Part shown: positions 51,063-61,203 of the stretch, piece after piece
How the letters are laid out: each line of letters starts with the position of its first letter
How positions within the stretch are numbered: the stretch's first letter is position 1
NCBI GenBank assembly: GCA_965225945.1
Contig: CBDDBZ010000039.1
Span: 288,001-352,000 of the forward strand
Direction: 5' to 3'
Source of the DNA: Alphaproteobacteria bacterium
Lineage (GTDB): Bacteria > Pseudomonadota > Alphaproteobacteria > GCA-2731375
Length of the DNA: 64,000 nucleotides
The notes under the pieces: model-generated
Told to the model about the DNA's origin: nothing
Seen by the model: only the letters and a program-made list of their open reading frames with translations
Database searches by the model: none
Program-made: the position numbers and the translations under genes

Positions 51063-53090
51063 ATGCGCAACGAGTTGGACGGCGAAACCAGTCCCTATCT
51101 GCTGCAACATCACGCCAATCCGGTCCACTGGCAGGCCTGGAGCGAGGCGGTCCTGGCCCGGGCGAAGGCCGAGGACCGGCCGATCCTGCTGTCGATCGGC
51201 TATGCCGCCTGCCATTGGTGCCACGTGATGGCGCACGAGAGCTTCGAGAACGCCGAGATCGCGGGGCTGATGAACGAACTCTTCGTCAACGTCAAGGTCG
51301 ACCGGGAGGAACGGCCCGACCTCGACGCGATCTACCAGAACGCCCTGGCGCTGCTGGGCCAGCAGGGCGGCTGGCCGCTCACCATGTTCCTGACGCCGGC
51401 GGGCGAGCCGTTCTGGGGCGGGACCTATTTCCCGCCGGAATCGCGCTATGGCCGGCCCGGCTTTCCCGAGGTTCTGCGCCGGGTCTCGGAAAGCTATCAC
51501 CAGAGCCGCGAGACGGTGGAGCGCAACACCGAAGCGCTGATGCAGGGACTGCGGCAACTGGCGGCGCCCAAGGCCGAAGCGGTGCCATTGGAATTGGGCC
51601 TGCTGGACGAGGTGGCGGCGCAATTGATGCACCAGGTCGATCCCTTCCTGGGCGGTATCGGCGGCGCGCCCAAGTTCCCGCAAGTCCCGAGCTTCACGCT
51701 GCTTTGGCGGGCCTATCTGAGGACTGGCGAGGACAGCTACCAGCGGGCCGTCACCACCACCCTCGATCAGATGTGCGAGGGCGGGATCTACGACCACTTG
51801 GGCGGCGGCTTCGCCCGCTACGCGACCGACGAGCGCTGGCTGGCGCCGCATTTCGAGAAAATGCTTTACGACAACGCGCAGTTGATCGAGCTGCTGGGCC
51901 TGGTCTGGCAGGAGAGCGGCGCGCCGCTTTATCGCCGCCGGGTGGAGGAGACGGTTCGTTGGGTGCTCGACGAGATGATCGCGCCGGAGGGCGGCTTCGC
52001 GGCGACGCTGGATGCCGATTCCGAGGGCGAGGAAGGCAAGTTCTATGTTTGGAGCGAGGCCGAGATCGACCGCCTGCTGGGTGCCCGCGCACCTGCCTTC
52101 AAGGCGGTCTACGACGTCGGGCCGCGGGGCAACTGGGAAGGCAAGGTGATCCTCAATCGCTCCCGCCTGCTGGGGCTGGGCGAGCCCGTGGACGAGACGG
52201 CGCTCGCCGCCGACCGGGCGGTGCTGCTGGCGGCGCGGGCCAAACGCATCCGCCCCGGCTGGGACGACAAGGTGCTGGCCGACTGGAACGGCCTGATGAT
52301 TGCCGCGATGGCCGGCGCCGCGCGCAGTTTCGAGCGGCCGGACTGGCTGGCGGCGGCCGTGGCGGCGTTCGATTTCGTCATCACCCACATGGCCGACGGC
52401 GCGCGGCTCTGGCACAGCTACCGGGTCTCCAAGTTGCGCCAGGCGGGCATGCTGGACGATTACGCCGCCATGGCCCGGGGCGCGCTGGTGCTCTACGAGG
52501 CCACGGGGGAGGCGCGATATCTAGACTACGCGCGGGGCTGGGTGGCGGTGCTGGACCAGCACTTCTGGGATTCGAGCGCCGGCGGCTACTTCTTCACCGC
52601 CGCCGACGCACCCGACCTGATCACCCGCCAGCGCCACTGCGCCGACAACGCGACGCCGGCCGGCAACGCGGTGATCACCGAGGTCCTGACCCGGCTCTGG
52701 CACCTGAGCGGCGAAAGTGCCTACGCCGAGCGGGCGGAAGCGGTGTTCCAGGCCTTCTCGGGCGACCTCCGGCGCAATTACTTCCCCCTCACCACCTATC
52801 TCAACAACCTGGAGACGGCGCTCCGCCCGGTGCAAATCGTGATCGTCGGCGAGGCCGAATCGCGGGCGCGCGCGGCGCTGGCCGCGGTGGTTCACGCCAC
52901 CTCGCTCCCCGGCCGGATCCTCCAGGTGACGGCGCCCGACGTCGAATTACCCCCTGGCCACCCCGCCCACGCCAAGTCCATGGTCGACGGCAAGCCCGCC
53001 GCCTATGTCTGCGTCGGCGAGACCTGTACGCTCCCGCTCACCACCCCCGAGGCCCTCAAGGCCGCGTTGTCGGTGGCGCGGGCGGGCTAG
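51063..53090 (+). CDS. YyaL/SSP411-family thioredoxin-domain protein
   Basis: [33 protein letters not shown] and [10 protein letters not shown]. Confidence 0.93.
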   Translation: MRNELDGETSPYLLQHHANPVHWQAWSEAVLARAKAEDRPILLSIGYAACHWCHVMAHESFENAEIAGLMNELFVNVKVDREERPDLDAIYQNALALLGQQGGWPLTMFLTPAGEPFWGGTYFPPESRYGRPGFPEVLRRVSESYHQSRETVERNTEALMQGLRQLAAPKAEAVPLELGLLDEVAAQLMHQVDPFLGGIGGAPKFPQVPSFTLLWRAYLRTGEDSYQRAVTTTLDQMCEGGIYDHLGGGFARYATDERWLAPHFEKMLYDNAQLIELLGLVWQESGAPLYRRRVEETVRWVLDEMIAPEGGFAATLDADSEGEEGKFYVWSEAEIDRLLGARAPAFKAVYDVGPRGNWEGKVILNRSRLLGLGEPVDETALAADRAVLLAARAKRIRPGWDDKVLADWNGLMIAAMAGAARSFERPDWLAAAVAAFDFVITHMADGARLWHSYRVSKLRQAGMLDDYAAMARGALVLYEATGEARYLDYARGWVAVLDQHFWDSSAGGYFFTAADAPDLITRQRHCADNATPAGNAVITEVLTRLWHLSGESAYAERAEAVFQAFSGDLRRNYFPLTTYLNNLETALRPVQIVIVGEAESRARAALAAVVHATSLPGRILQVTAPDVELPPGHPAHAKSMVDGKPAAYVCVGETCTLPLTTPEALKAALSVARAG

Positions 53091-53115
53091 GCGCGCCGTC
53101 CGCTGGCCGATGGCG

Positions 53116-53700
53116 TCATCGCGGCGGCGGAAAGAGCCGCGCCATCAGGCGGTCGGCGCGGGCGAGGCGGCGCGCCAGCCAGCTTCGCGTGCGCCGCGCA
53201 TCGGCGCTTCCATCGCACAGCCAGACCAGCACCGTCGCCACGAAGAGGGCCGTGAGCCCCGCCTCCTCGAGCGACTTGCGCCCGCCCCGGGCGTCGAGCC
53301 CGGCCGCCTCGCGGAGCCACTGCACGCGGCGCGAGGTGGCGACGAGCAAGGCCGCCTGCAAATGAACGTGCGGTGGCGCCAAGCGGTAGGCGAGGACGTC
53401 GCGCAGGACGCCCCGGCGGCCCTCCAAGGCCGAGATCCAGGCCATGATGCAGCCCTGGAGGCGCTCTGGCGCCGGCAATTCGGCGAGGTCCGAGCACGCG
53501 CCCCGCGCCAGCATCGCCCGGTCGGCGCGGGCCAGCCAGGCCGTGGCGAGGGCGTCGAGATCGGGAAAGTGGTGGTAAATCCGAGCGAGCGGCAGGTCCA
53601 GACGATCCGCCACCGCGCGCAGGCGAACGGCCTTCCAGCCGGCCGCGTCGGCAATCTCGAGCGCCGCATCGACGATCCGCTCGCCGTCATCCGCCACCAT
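53116..53700 (-). CDS. TetR/COQ9-like HTH protein
   Basis: IVDAALEIA...VRLRAVADRL...IYHHFPD. Confidence 0.75.
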   Translation of the reverse strand: MVADDGERIVDAALEIADAAGWKAVRLRAVADRLDLPLARIYHHFPDLDALATAWLARADRAMLARGACSDLAELPAPERLQGCIMAWISALEGRRGVLRDVLAYRLAPPHVHLQAALLVATSRRVQWLREAAGLDARGGRKSLEEAGLTALFVATVLVWLCDGSADARRTRSWLARRLARADRLMARLFPPPR

Positions 53701-53751
53701 GCGCCGCCCCCGCGTCCCCCTCGAAGCGCCGAATCCTATACCACGCGGCGC

Positions 53752-53970
53752 CTATTTGCCGGTGTCGCAGTGGCCTTGGGCGCAGCTTCCCCAGTCCTTG
53801 TTCAACCCCTTGCCGGACTTTTCCTTGGACTGCTCGACGCTCGGTTGGCCGAGGAAGAGGGGGTTTGCCGCCTCGGCCCGAGGCGAGGCCACGGCGGCCA
53901 GCAGGCCCGCCGTCAGCAGGGCGCCGGCGAAGGCGCGGGAAGCAACGCGTTCCAGGGACGTCGCGGTCAT
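53752..53970 (-). CDS. Small putative secreted protein (72 aa)
   Basis: GGAG RBS, hydrophobic signal ending AEA, C-terminal CAQGHC. Confidence 0.55.
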   Translation of the reverse strand: MTATSLERVASRAFAGALLTAGLLAAVASPRAEAANPLFLGQPSVEQSKEKSGKGLNKDWGSCAQGHCDTGK

Positions 53971-54239
53971 GGCTCCACTCCTTGCACGCGGCCCCGACGG
54001 CCAGATGGGCCCGTCGCGGGCCCGCGTCAAGCGCCGCTGTGGCGGAAAAAGGGGCGAAAACGCCCGCCGCCTCCCGGTGAACCCGCCGCCTCCCGGTGAA
54101 AAAGTGCTTCGCTTCGCTCAGTGTCCATATTCATCTGCTCTAAACTGCGAAATGGCCGTCCCGCGACGGCTTCGTGGAGCTGGATCGACGACGATCTTCC
54201 GGTTAGCATTGTCGCCGTAAGAGAAGCTGGGCGGGTGAC

Positions 54240-56100
54240 ATGGCGGAGCGGCGCACACAAAGGAGGCTGGCGGCGATCCTATCGGCGGATGTCGTGGGAT
54301 ATTCGCGACTCATACGCGCGGAAGAAGAGAGCACGCTCGCGCGCCTGAAGTCTCTGCGCAACGATCTGATCGGTCCTAAAATCAGCGATTACGAGGGACG
54401 CATCGTCAAATTGATGGGAGACGGCATGTTGGCGGAGTTCGCCAGCGTCGTCGACGCGGTGCGTGCCGCCGTGGAAATTCAGCAAGCCATGGCTGAACGC
54501 AACGCCAGCCTAGCAGAAAGCAAACGCATTTTGTTTCGTGTAGGCATAAATCTCGGTAACGTGGTGATCGACGGTGACGACATTCAGGGCGACGGAGTCA
54601 ACGTAGCGGCGCGGCTGGAAGGGCTCGCGGAACCCGGTGGGATATGCATATCGGCCAGCGTCTACGATCAGATTCGTGACCGTATCGACTTGCCGTTCTA
54701 GGATCTGGGTGAGCAGGTCGTCAAGAATATCGACCGCCCCGTCAGAGTATGGCAATGGACCGGTGATGCCACAATTTCGGCGCAAGGATCTGGTGAAGAA
54801 GGGAATCTTTTACCACCGCCCGACAGGGCCTCGATTGCCGTATTGCCGCTCGAATGCATGTCGGACAGCCGGGACTATGACTACCTCGCCGATGGAATGA
54901 CCGAGGACATCATCACCCTGCTCGCGCGTATCCCCGGGTTTTTAGTCATCGCCCGAAATTCCACCTTTTGCTACAAGGGTCAACATTGCGACATCCGTCA
55001 AGTTGGCCGCGAACTGGGGGTGAGGTACGTTGTCGAGGGCAGCCTGCGCCCGATTGGTGATCGCTTGCGCGTGACCATCCAGTTGATCGAAGCCGAGAGT
55101 GGCAATCATCTTTGGGCCGATCGCTTCGATCGTACGGCCGATGATCTGTTTGCTGTGCAAGACGAGGTCACGACGACGATCGTCGCCCGGCTCGAACCCG
55201 AGCTCACGCGAGCCGAGTTCGAATCGATACGGCGTCGGCCACCCGCCGACTTGGGGGCCTGGGACTACTACCGGCAAGCCAGTGGCATTTTGGCGTTGAA
55301 GGGATGGCACGAGGCCACGTTTACGGAGGGCGCCGAGCTCTGTCGCAAGGCCATCGCGCTGGATCCCGATTTCGCGCCGGCGCGTGCCATGTTGTCATTG
55401 TTGTTGGCGATCGGCTACCTCGTCGGCTATGTGGCCAGCCCCGACGAAGCGCTGAAGGAAGCGGACCTGGCGCTTGCGCTCGATAGCGATAATTCCGTGG
55501 TGCTCGGCAATGCCGGTGTTGTTGGCGATCGGCCACCTCGTCGGCTATGTGGCCAGCCCCGACGAAGCGCTGAAGGAAGCGGACCTGGCGCTTGCGCTCG
55601 ATAGCGATAATTCCGTGGTGCTCGGCAATGCCGGTTGTGCGCTTTCCGACTTGGGAAACAGAACGAGAGGGATAGAGCTGCTCGAAAAATCGATCGAACG
55701 GGACCCGAGCAATGCCCAGGCCTGGGCCGCGCTGGGGGCCGCGCTGTTGACCAATCGCCAGCCGGAGTTGGCGATCGAAAAGCTCGAGCACGGGCTTCGA
55801 ATAAGCCCCCGGGACAATCGTCTCGCAATGTGGGGCTGCATCTACGCGGTCGCCCTCGGTTTCGTCGGCCGCCTCGATGATGCCATCGAGCAGGCGCGTA
55901 TCGCCTGTCGTCGCGACGACGGTCTGCACAATTCACGCGTCATCTTGGCCTCCTTGCTGGTAACCGATGACCGCCTCGAAGAGGCCACGGCCGCGCTCGG
56001 CGAAGCACGACGCATCCGCCCGAGCCTGACATTACGGGAAGCCAGAGGCATGATCGGTAACCGGTACGCGAAGGTACTGGAAAGAATTTGGGATCTCTAG
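54240..56100 (+). pseudogene. Class III adenylate/guanylate cyclase with TolB-like and TPR domains, inactivated
   Basis: ADVVGYS, GDGVNVAARLE, DGMTEDII and TPRs; in-frame TAG at 54699 and a 118-bp tandem duplication at 55399-55634. Confidence 0.88.
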
Positions 56101-56166
56101 TCGACGAACTCGGGCCTCGAGAATTCGTCACGGCAACCGCACTAAACGCGTATTAGTCAATCTGGA

Positions 56167-56280
56167 GGGCTTGCCGCCGCCTATCTCGGCGCCATGCGGA
56201 TGGCGCCGTCGAGGCGGATGGTCTCGCCGTTCCCCATCACGTTCTCGACGATAGGGCGCGCCAGCGCCGCGTAGTCCTCG
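56167..56280 (-). repeat. 114-bp duplicate of the SDR gene 3' end
   Basis: Matches 57331-57444 with five mismatches. Confidence 0.92.
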
Positions 56281-56479
56281 ATCATTCTCTACCCTTTCCC
56301 GAGAAGATCTCGGTACAGGGTCGGAATTGGCCTCGACAAACGGTTGCGCTAACCTTTTTAGACCATTAATTCCAATCAGTTAGATTATATTCTAGCGAAT
56401 ACGAGGGCGGTTCCGGGAAAGGCTGGCGCACTCCAGGAAACCTGAGCCGGCAGAAAAAAATTCACATTACCCTTGATAC

Positions 56480-56498
56480 GTACGCCATAATGGCGCAC
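56480..56498 (+). promoter_or_regulatory. Putative TA operator palindrome overlapping the promoter
   Basis: gtacgccat-a-atggcgcac just downstream of TTGATA. Confidence 0.55.
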
Positions 56499-56530
56499 TA
56501 ATGTACCGGTAATGGACGCAGGAGCGACAG

Positions 56531-56815
56531 ATGGCCCAAACCGCCGGCGTGCAGCGGGACCGCATGCATCTGCGCCTGGATGCCAAGACCAAGCGCAAGC
56601 TGGAGCGGGCGGCGGCATACGAGGAAACGACGTTAAGCGATTTCGTGCTGGCGAACGCGGTGGCGGCGGCCGAACGCGTCATCGATTCGCATGAGAAGAT
56701 CACCCTTTCGGCAAAGGATTGGGAAATCTTCCATGACGCGCTGGTCAACCCGCCGGAGCCGAACGAGAAGCTGAGAGAAGCCGCCCGCCGCTACGCTGAG
56801 CGGGTCGGTGGATGA
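56531..56815 (+). CDS. DUF1778 ribbon-helix-helix antitoxin (AtaR/TacA-like)
   Basis: RMHLRLD...LERAA...LSDFVL...ITLS..DW..F..AL.NPPEPN.KL. Confidence 0.92.
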   Translation: MAQTAGVQRDRMHLRLDAKTKRKLERAAAYEETTLSDFVLANAVAAAERVIDSHEKITLSAKDWEIFHDALVNPPEPNEKLREAARRYAERVGG

Positions 56816-57317
56816 GCCGTCCCTGGTTATCGAGCCCCTCGGTTCGCACCATGACCGTACAGCCTTCTCATGCGGGGAGCCGGCCCTCGGTTCCTATCTC
56901 CAGCGGCAAGCCTTCCAGGATATGCGGCGGCGCGTGGCACAGGTATTCGTCGTTGTCGGCGATGCGCCTGGGACGATCGCCGGCTATTACAGCCTGAGCG
57001 CGGCGAGCTTCGAGAAAGCAGAACTGCCGCTGGCCTTGGCGAAGCGGCTGCCGCATTATCCGGTGCCGGCGGCCGTGCTCGGGCGGCTCGCGATCGATCG
57101 CGCGCAGCAAGGGCGCGGCCTGGGCGAGACGTTGCTACTCGACGCGATCCGCCGGGTCGTGCGCGCCAGCACGACGATTGCCGTTTATGCGATGATCGTC
57201 GATGCCAAGAACGAGCGCGCGTGGGCGTTCTATGAGCGCTATGGCTTTCGCGCCTTCGCCAGCGCGCCGGGCCGCCTGTTCCTCCCCCTTGAAACCGTCG
57301 CCGAGCTGGGGCTTTAG
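56808..57317 (+). CDS. GNAT acetyltransferase toxin (AtaT/TacT-like)
   Basis: HDRTAFSCGE, GRLAID..QQGRGLG and VDAKN...FYERYGF; overlaps the antitoxin. Confidence 0.92.
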   Translation: MDEPSLVIEPLGSHHDRTAFSCGEPALGSYLQRQAFQDMRRRVAQVFVVVGDAPGTIAGYYSLSAASFEKAELPLALAKRLPHYPVPAAVLGRLAIDRAQQGRGLGETLLLDAIRRVVRASTTIAVYAMIVDAKNERAWAFYERYGFRAFASAPGRLFLPLETVAELGL

Positions 57318-57344
57318 CTTGGTCATCGAGGGGCTTGCCGCCGC

Positions 57345-58106
57345 CTATCTCGGCGCCATGCGGATCGCGCCGTCGAGGCGGATGGTCTCGCCGTTCAGCA
57401 TCACGTTCTCGACGATATGGCGCACCAGCGCCGCGTAGTCCTCGGGCGCGCCGAGCTTCTTCGGGAAGGGGACGGCTTGCGCCAGGCTCTCCCTCACCGA
57501 ATCGGGCAGGGTGGCGAGCAGCGGGGTCGAGAAGATGCCCGGCGCGATGGTGACGACGCGGATGCCGAGATCGGCGAGATCGCGCGCCATCGGCAGCGTC
57601 AGGGCGACGATGCCGCCCTTGCTGGCGGCGTAGGCGGCCTGGCCGATCTGGCCGTCATAGGCGGCGACGGAGGCGGTGTTGATTACCACGCCGCGCTCGC
57701 CCTCGGCCAGCGGCTCCAGCTCCGCCATCGCCGTCGCCGCGAGGCGGGTCACGTTGAAAGTGCCGATCAGATTGACCCGGATCACCTTCTCGAAGAGCGC
57801 CAAGTCGTGCGGCCGGCCACGAGAGGTGGTCTTCTGGGCCGGGCCGATACCGGCGCAATTGATCAGGATTCGGGGCGCGCCGAGGGCGGCCTGGGCGGCT
57901 TCCAGCGCCGTCGTGGTCGACCTCTCGTCGGCGACGTCGCAAGCCGAGAAATGGCCGTCGAGCTCCGCCGCCACCCGTTCTCCGCGCTCCACTTGTTGGT
58001 CGAGGATGGCGATCGAAGCGCCCTGGGCCCGCAACGCCCGCGCCGTCGCCTCGCCCAGCCCCGAGGCGCCGCCGGTGACGAACGCCGTGTGACCCTGAAT
58101 CTCCAT
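57345..58106 (-). CDS. SDR oxidoreductase, 3-hydroxyacyl-CoA dehydrogenase type-2 (HSD17B10-like)
   Basis: [24 protein letters not shown] and [13 protein letters not shown]. Confidence 0.93.
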   Translation of the reverse strand: MEIQGHTAFVTGGASGLGEATARALRAQGASIAILDQQVERGERVAAELDGHFSACDVADERSTTTALEAAQAALGAPRILINCAGIGPAQKTTSRGRPHDLALFEKVIRVNLIGTFNVTRLAATAMAELEPLAEGERGVVINTASVAAYDGQIGQAAYAASKGGIVALTLPMARDLADLGIRVVTIAPGIFSTPLLATLPDSVRESLAQAVPFPKKLGAPEDYAALVRHIVENVMLNGETIRLDGAIRMAPR

Positions 58107-58410
58107 TGCCCCGTCTCCCTCCGCCGCATTCCCGAGCGGCCTCATAGCAGATCGCGCGGCGCTTGCGCTAGAGCGACATTCGGTCAGAAGGAAATCGCTT
58201 TCGACGGTCTAGATAGAGAATAGCATTGCACAGATTAATCGAACAATAGGTAATATTATCGATAATGCGCGGATTAGTGGGGAGCGTGGCCCCGAGCGAG
58301 CCCGAACCCCTCTAATCCGCGAAGAGCCATTTTCGCCAAACGGATTGAACCGCACCGGTTCGATCCGTTCCGATATTGCTCCAAGCCCGCCCGGGTCCCA
58401 TATTCGAACC

Positions 58411-58785
58411 ATGACCGGCCACGACATCACGGTCTATGATCCGCGCAAGCTGGCCCGCGACGAGCGGCGCGTGAACCGCGGATTCTGGCGCAAACTGCGC
58501 CGCGTGCTCGGGCGGATCCCCTTCGCCGAGGATCTGCTGGCGGCCTATTACTGCGCCACCGACGGCGAGACGCCGAGCTGGGTCAAGGTCGTCCTGATGG
58601 GTGCGGTGGCCTATTTCGTGCTGCCGGCGGACCTGCTGCCGGATTTCATCGCCGTCCTGGGCTTCACCGACGACGCCTCGGTGCTGATGGCGGCGCTGAG
58701 CGCGGTCGGCGGCCACATCCGCGAGCCCCACCGCGAGCGGGCGAAAGCCAAGCTCGGCGAGCTGGCCGGCGAAAGCGGGGAATAG
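58411..58785 (+). CDS. YkvA/DUF1232 membrane protein
   Basis: AYFVLPADLLPDFI..LGFTDD. Confidence 0.9.
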   Translation: MTGHDITVYDPRKLARDERRVNRGFWRKLRRVLGRIPFAEDLLAAYYCATDGETPSWVKVVLMGAVAYFVLPADLLPDFIAVLGFTDDASVLMAALSAVGGHIREPHRERAKAKLGELAGESGE

Positions 58786-58791
58786 TCCGCC

Positions 58792-59829
58792 TCAAGCCGG
58801 CTCCAGCATCACCTTGAGCTGCTGGCTCGGGCGCTTCAGCGCCTCGAAGGCGGCCGGGAAATCGTCGAAGCCGACCCGCTCGGTGATCAGGCTCTCGGCA
58901 TCGATCCGGTCCCGCGCCAGCATGTCGATCACCACCTCGAAGTCCTGTTTGCGGTAGACGAAGACGAAGGTGAGGTCCAGCTCCTTGACGATGGCGTGGG
59001 CCGGGAAGATGTGGTCGCCGGCCATGCAGAGACCGACGACGACGACGCGGGAGTGGAAATCCGCGTGGTCGATCGCGAGCTGCAGGCTGCCGGGCACGCC
59101 GACGGCGTCGAACACCACGTCGGGCGAGCCGCCGGCGAGCTGGCGAAAGCGGGCGTCGACGTTCTCGCTGCTGGCGTCGATCGCCGCCGTCGCGCCGAAT
59201 TCGACGGCGCGCGCGGCGCGCGCGGCGACGAGATCGCTCACCACGATATTGCGGGCGCCGAGGAAGCGGCACCAGAGCGCGACCGAGAGGCCGACCGGCC
59301 CGCCACCGATGATCAGCACGTTGTCCTCAGAGCCGAGCCGGGCCCTGTTGGCGGCGTTGAGGCCGACCGCCAGCGGCTCGACCAGGGCGCCCTCGGAGAA
59401 GCCGAGCGAGGACGGCAGCTTCAGGGTCTCGTGGCTGCCGACGCGGGTGAACTCGGCATAGGCGCCGGTGAGCGCGGCGCTCGCCCGCATCTCGACCTGG
59501 GCGCAGCGATAGCCCCGGCCCGCGAGGCAGGCGGGACAGGTGCCGCAGCCGATGAAGGGCTGCGCGCAGACCCGATCGCCGACCTTCCACTGGCCCCGCA
59601 CGTCGCGGCCGACCTCGACCACCTCGCCGGCGAACTCGTGGCCCATGACCGTGTCGGGCGGCAAGACGCGCCAGCCCTTCTCCTCGCGCGATTCCGACCA
59701 GTGCAGGTCGGTGCCGCAGATGCCGCAGGACTTGACCTGGAGCACGAGGTCGCCTCGCCCCGGCTCCGGCGCCGCCACCTCCTCGATCACCAGGGGTTTG
59801 CCGATCTCCTTCAGGACCGCCGCCTTCAT
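58792..59829 (-). CDS. Zn-dependent alcohol dehydrogenase (MDR family)
   Basis: GICGTDLH, GHE, CGTCPAC...C and GGGPVG. Confidence 0.93.
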   Translation of the reverse strand: MKAAVLKEIGKPLVIEEVAAPEPGRGDLVLQVKSCGICGTDLHWSESREEKGWRVLPPDTVMGHEFAGEVVEVGRDVRGQWKVGDRVCAQPFIGCGTCPACLAGRGYRCAQVEMRASAALTGAYAEFTRVGSHETLKLPSSLGFSEGALVEPLAVGLNAANRARLGSEDNVLIIGGGPVGLSVALWCRFLGARNIVVSDLVAARAARAVEFGATAAIDASSENVDARFRQLAGGSPDVVFDAVGVPGSLQLAIDHADFHSRVVVVGLCMAGDHIFPAHAIVKELDLTFVFVYRKQDFEVVIDMLARDRIDAESLITERVGFDDFPAAFEALKRPSQQLKVMLEPA

Positions 59830-59916
59830 CGCTCCCACCTCCCGCCTCGGTCTCGCTGCGCCCGATGGTGCCGCATCGGGCCGGCGCCGGCAATAGCATC
59901 GGGCGTCGCTCGCGGG

Positions 59917-60335
59917 CTAGTGGATGAAATCCAACATATGGTACCCCTACGACGGTTTCCCGAGTTCGTCCGGAAAGGCGCCCGGTGCGCCGTGATGGGG
60001 GCGCATCACAAGCGCCGGGCAACGCGTCCGGCGGGCTCGGGAAGCCGCCCTTCGGGTCCCATATCCTGGCTTCTCCCAAATCCTGGCTTCTCTGCATTGG
60101 ATTTGGCTCAATTCGTGAATTGTATGCGTCACCTTGTTACGGCGGCGGCGAGGCAGGCTCGGTCATTGGCGCCGGGGGCGAGGCCGACGAGGTGGAACCA
60201 GCTCAGGTAGTTGTCCAGATAGCGGGGGCGTCGGGCACCCTTGACGATGCCCCGGCATCGCCGGCGGGCGCCCTCCTGGCGAGAAACCAGGATATGGGAT
60301 CGTAGGGGTACCATATGTTGGATTTCATCCACTAG
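59917..60335. mobile_element. MITE-like element containing an IS1595 end fragment
   Basis: Perfect 36-bp terminal IR beginning CTAG; 60106-60226 matches the IS1595 end starting at 29966. Confidence 0.8.
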
Positions 60336-60374
60336 GATCGGGGCTCGGGTTAGCAACAGCGACGGGGCGTTCGC

Positions 60375-61118
60375 TTGCATTGGATTTTGCCGATTCTCCT
60401 CGCCCCCTTCATCGGCAGCTTCGTGGCGAGCTTGATCCAGCGGCTGCCGGCGGGGGAGCCGTTGGTCTGGGCGCGCTCCCGCTGCCCGCGTTGCACCGCC
60501 GTACTGGCGCCGCGCGACCTGGTGCCGCTGGCGAGCTGGCTCTGGAATCGCCGGCGCTGCCGGTTCTGCGGTGGGGGAATCGCGATCTTCTATCCCGCCG
60601 TCGAGCTGGCGGCCCTCGCCGTGGCGGCCAGCGCCGCCATGGTGCTGGACGGCTGGCTGGTCTGGGCCACCTCGGGGCTCGGCTGGAGCCTTCTGGCGCT
60701 GGCCTGGATCGACCAGCGCCACCAGTGGCTGCCCGACGTTCTGACCTTGCCGCTGATCCCCGCCGGCCTCGCCGTCGCCTGGCTGGCGGTGCCGGAGCGG
60801 ATTTGGGATCACCTGCTGGGCGCCGTTCTCGGCTTCCTCGCCCTGGCCGCGATCGGCTGGCTCTACCGGCGCTTGCGCGGGCGGGCGGGACTGGGTCTGG
60901 GCGACGCCAAGCTGCTCGCCGGGCTCGGCGCCTGGGTCGCGGCAAGCGGGCTCGCCAGCGTCGTATTCCTCGCCGCGCTCTCCGGGCTCACCCTGGTCCT
61001 GCTCCGAAGGCTCGGGCGCGCGCCCCTCGACGGGGGTGACAGAATCGCCTTCGGCCCCCATCTCTGTCTCGGTGGCTGGCTCGTCTGGCTCCTCGGCCCG
61101 CTCACCGTCGCGAGCTGA
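60375..61118 (+). CDS. Prepilin peptidase (A24; PilD/GspO-like)
   Basis: RSRCPRC, CRFC, WID...LPD, GLGLGDAKL and AFGPHL. Confidence 0.9.
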   Translation: MHWILPILLAPFIGSFVASLIQRLPAGEPLVWARSRCPRCTAVLAPRDLVPLASWLWNRRRCRFCGGGIAIFYPAVELAALAVAASAAMVLDGWLVWATSGLGWSLLALAWIDQRHQWLPDVLTLPLIPAGLAVAWLAVPERIWDHLLGAVLGFLALAAIGWLYRRLRGRAGLGLGDAKLLAGLGAWVAASGLASVVFLAALSGLTLVLLRRLGRAPLDGGDRIAFGPHLCLGGWLVWLLGPLTVAS

Positions 61119-61203
61119 CTTTGAAAGCGAAACATGTTAGAAGTGAATGGCTTAAGACGTTATTTGGGACGGCGAGCGACGCGAGACCCGTCGGGAGCAT
61201 GGC

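Noticed and set aside
50651-53365. 904-aa ORF and other long Arg/Pro/Gly-rich or antisense ORFs (e.g. 2425-4116, 26692-28608, 46520-48550, 61102-62877)
   Set aside because: Shadow frames of recognised genes, expected in high-GC DNA with few stop codons.
58168-58385. AT-rich spacer with short inverted repeats (gcggattag/ctaatccgc) and ctagagc
   Set aside because: Could be a divergent promoter region or a MITE relic, but no ends or second copy could be established.
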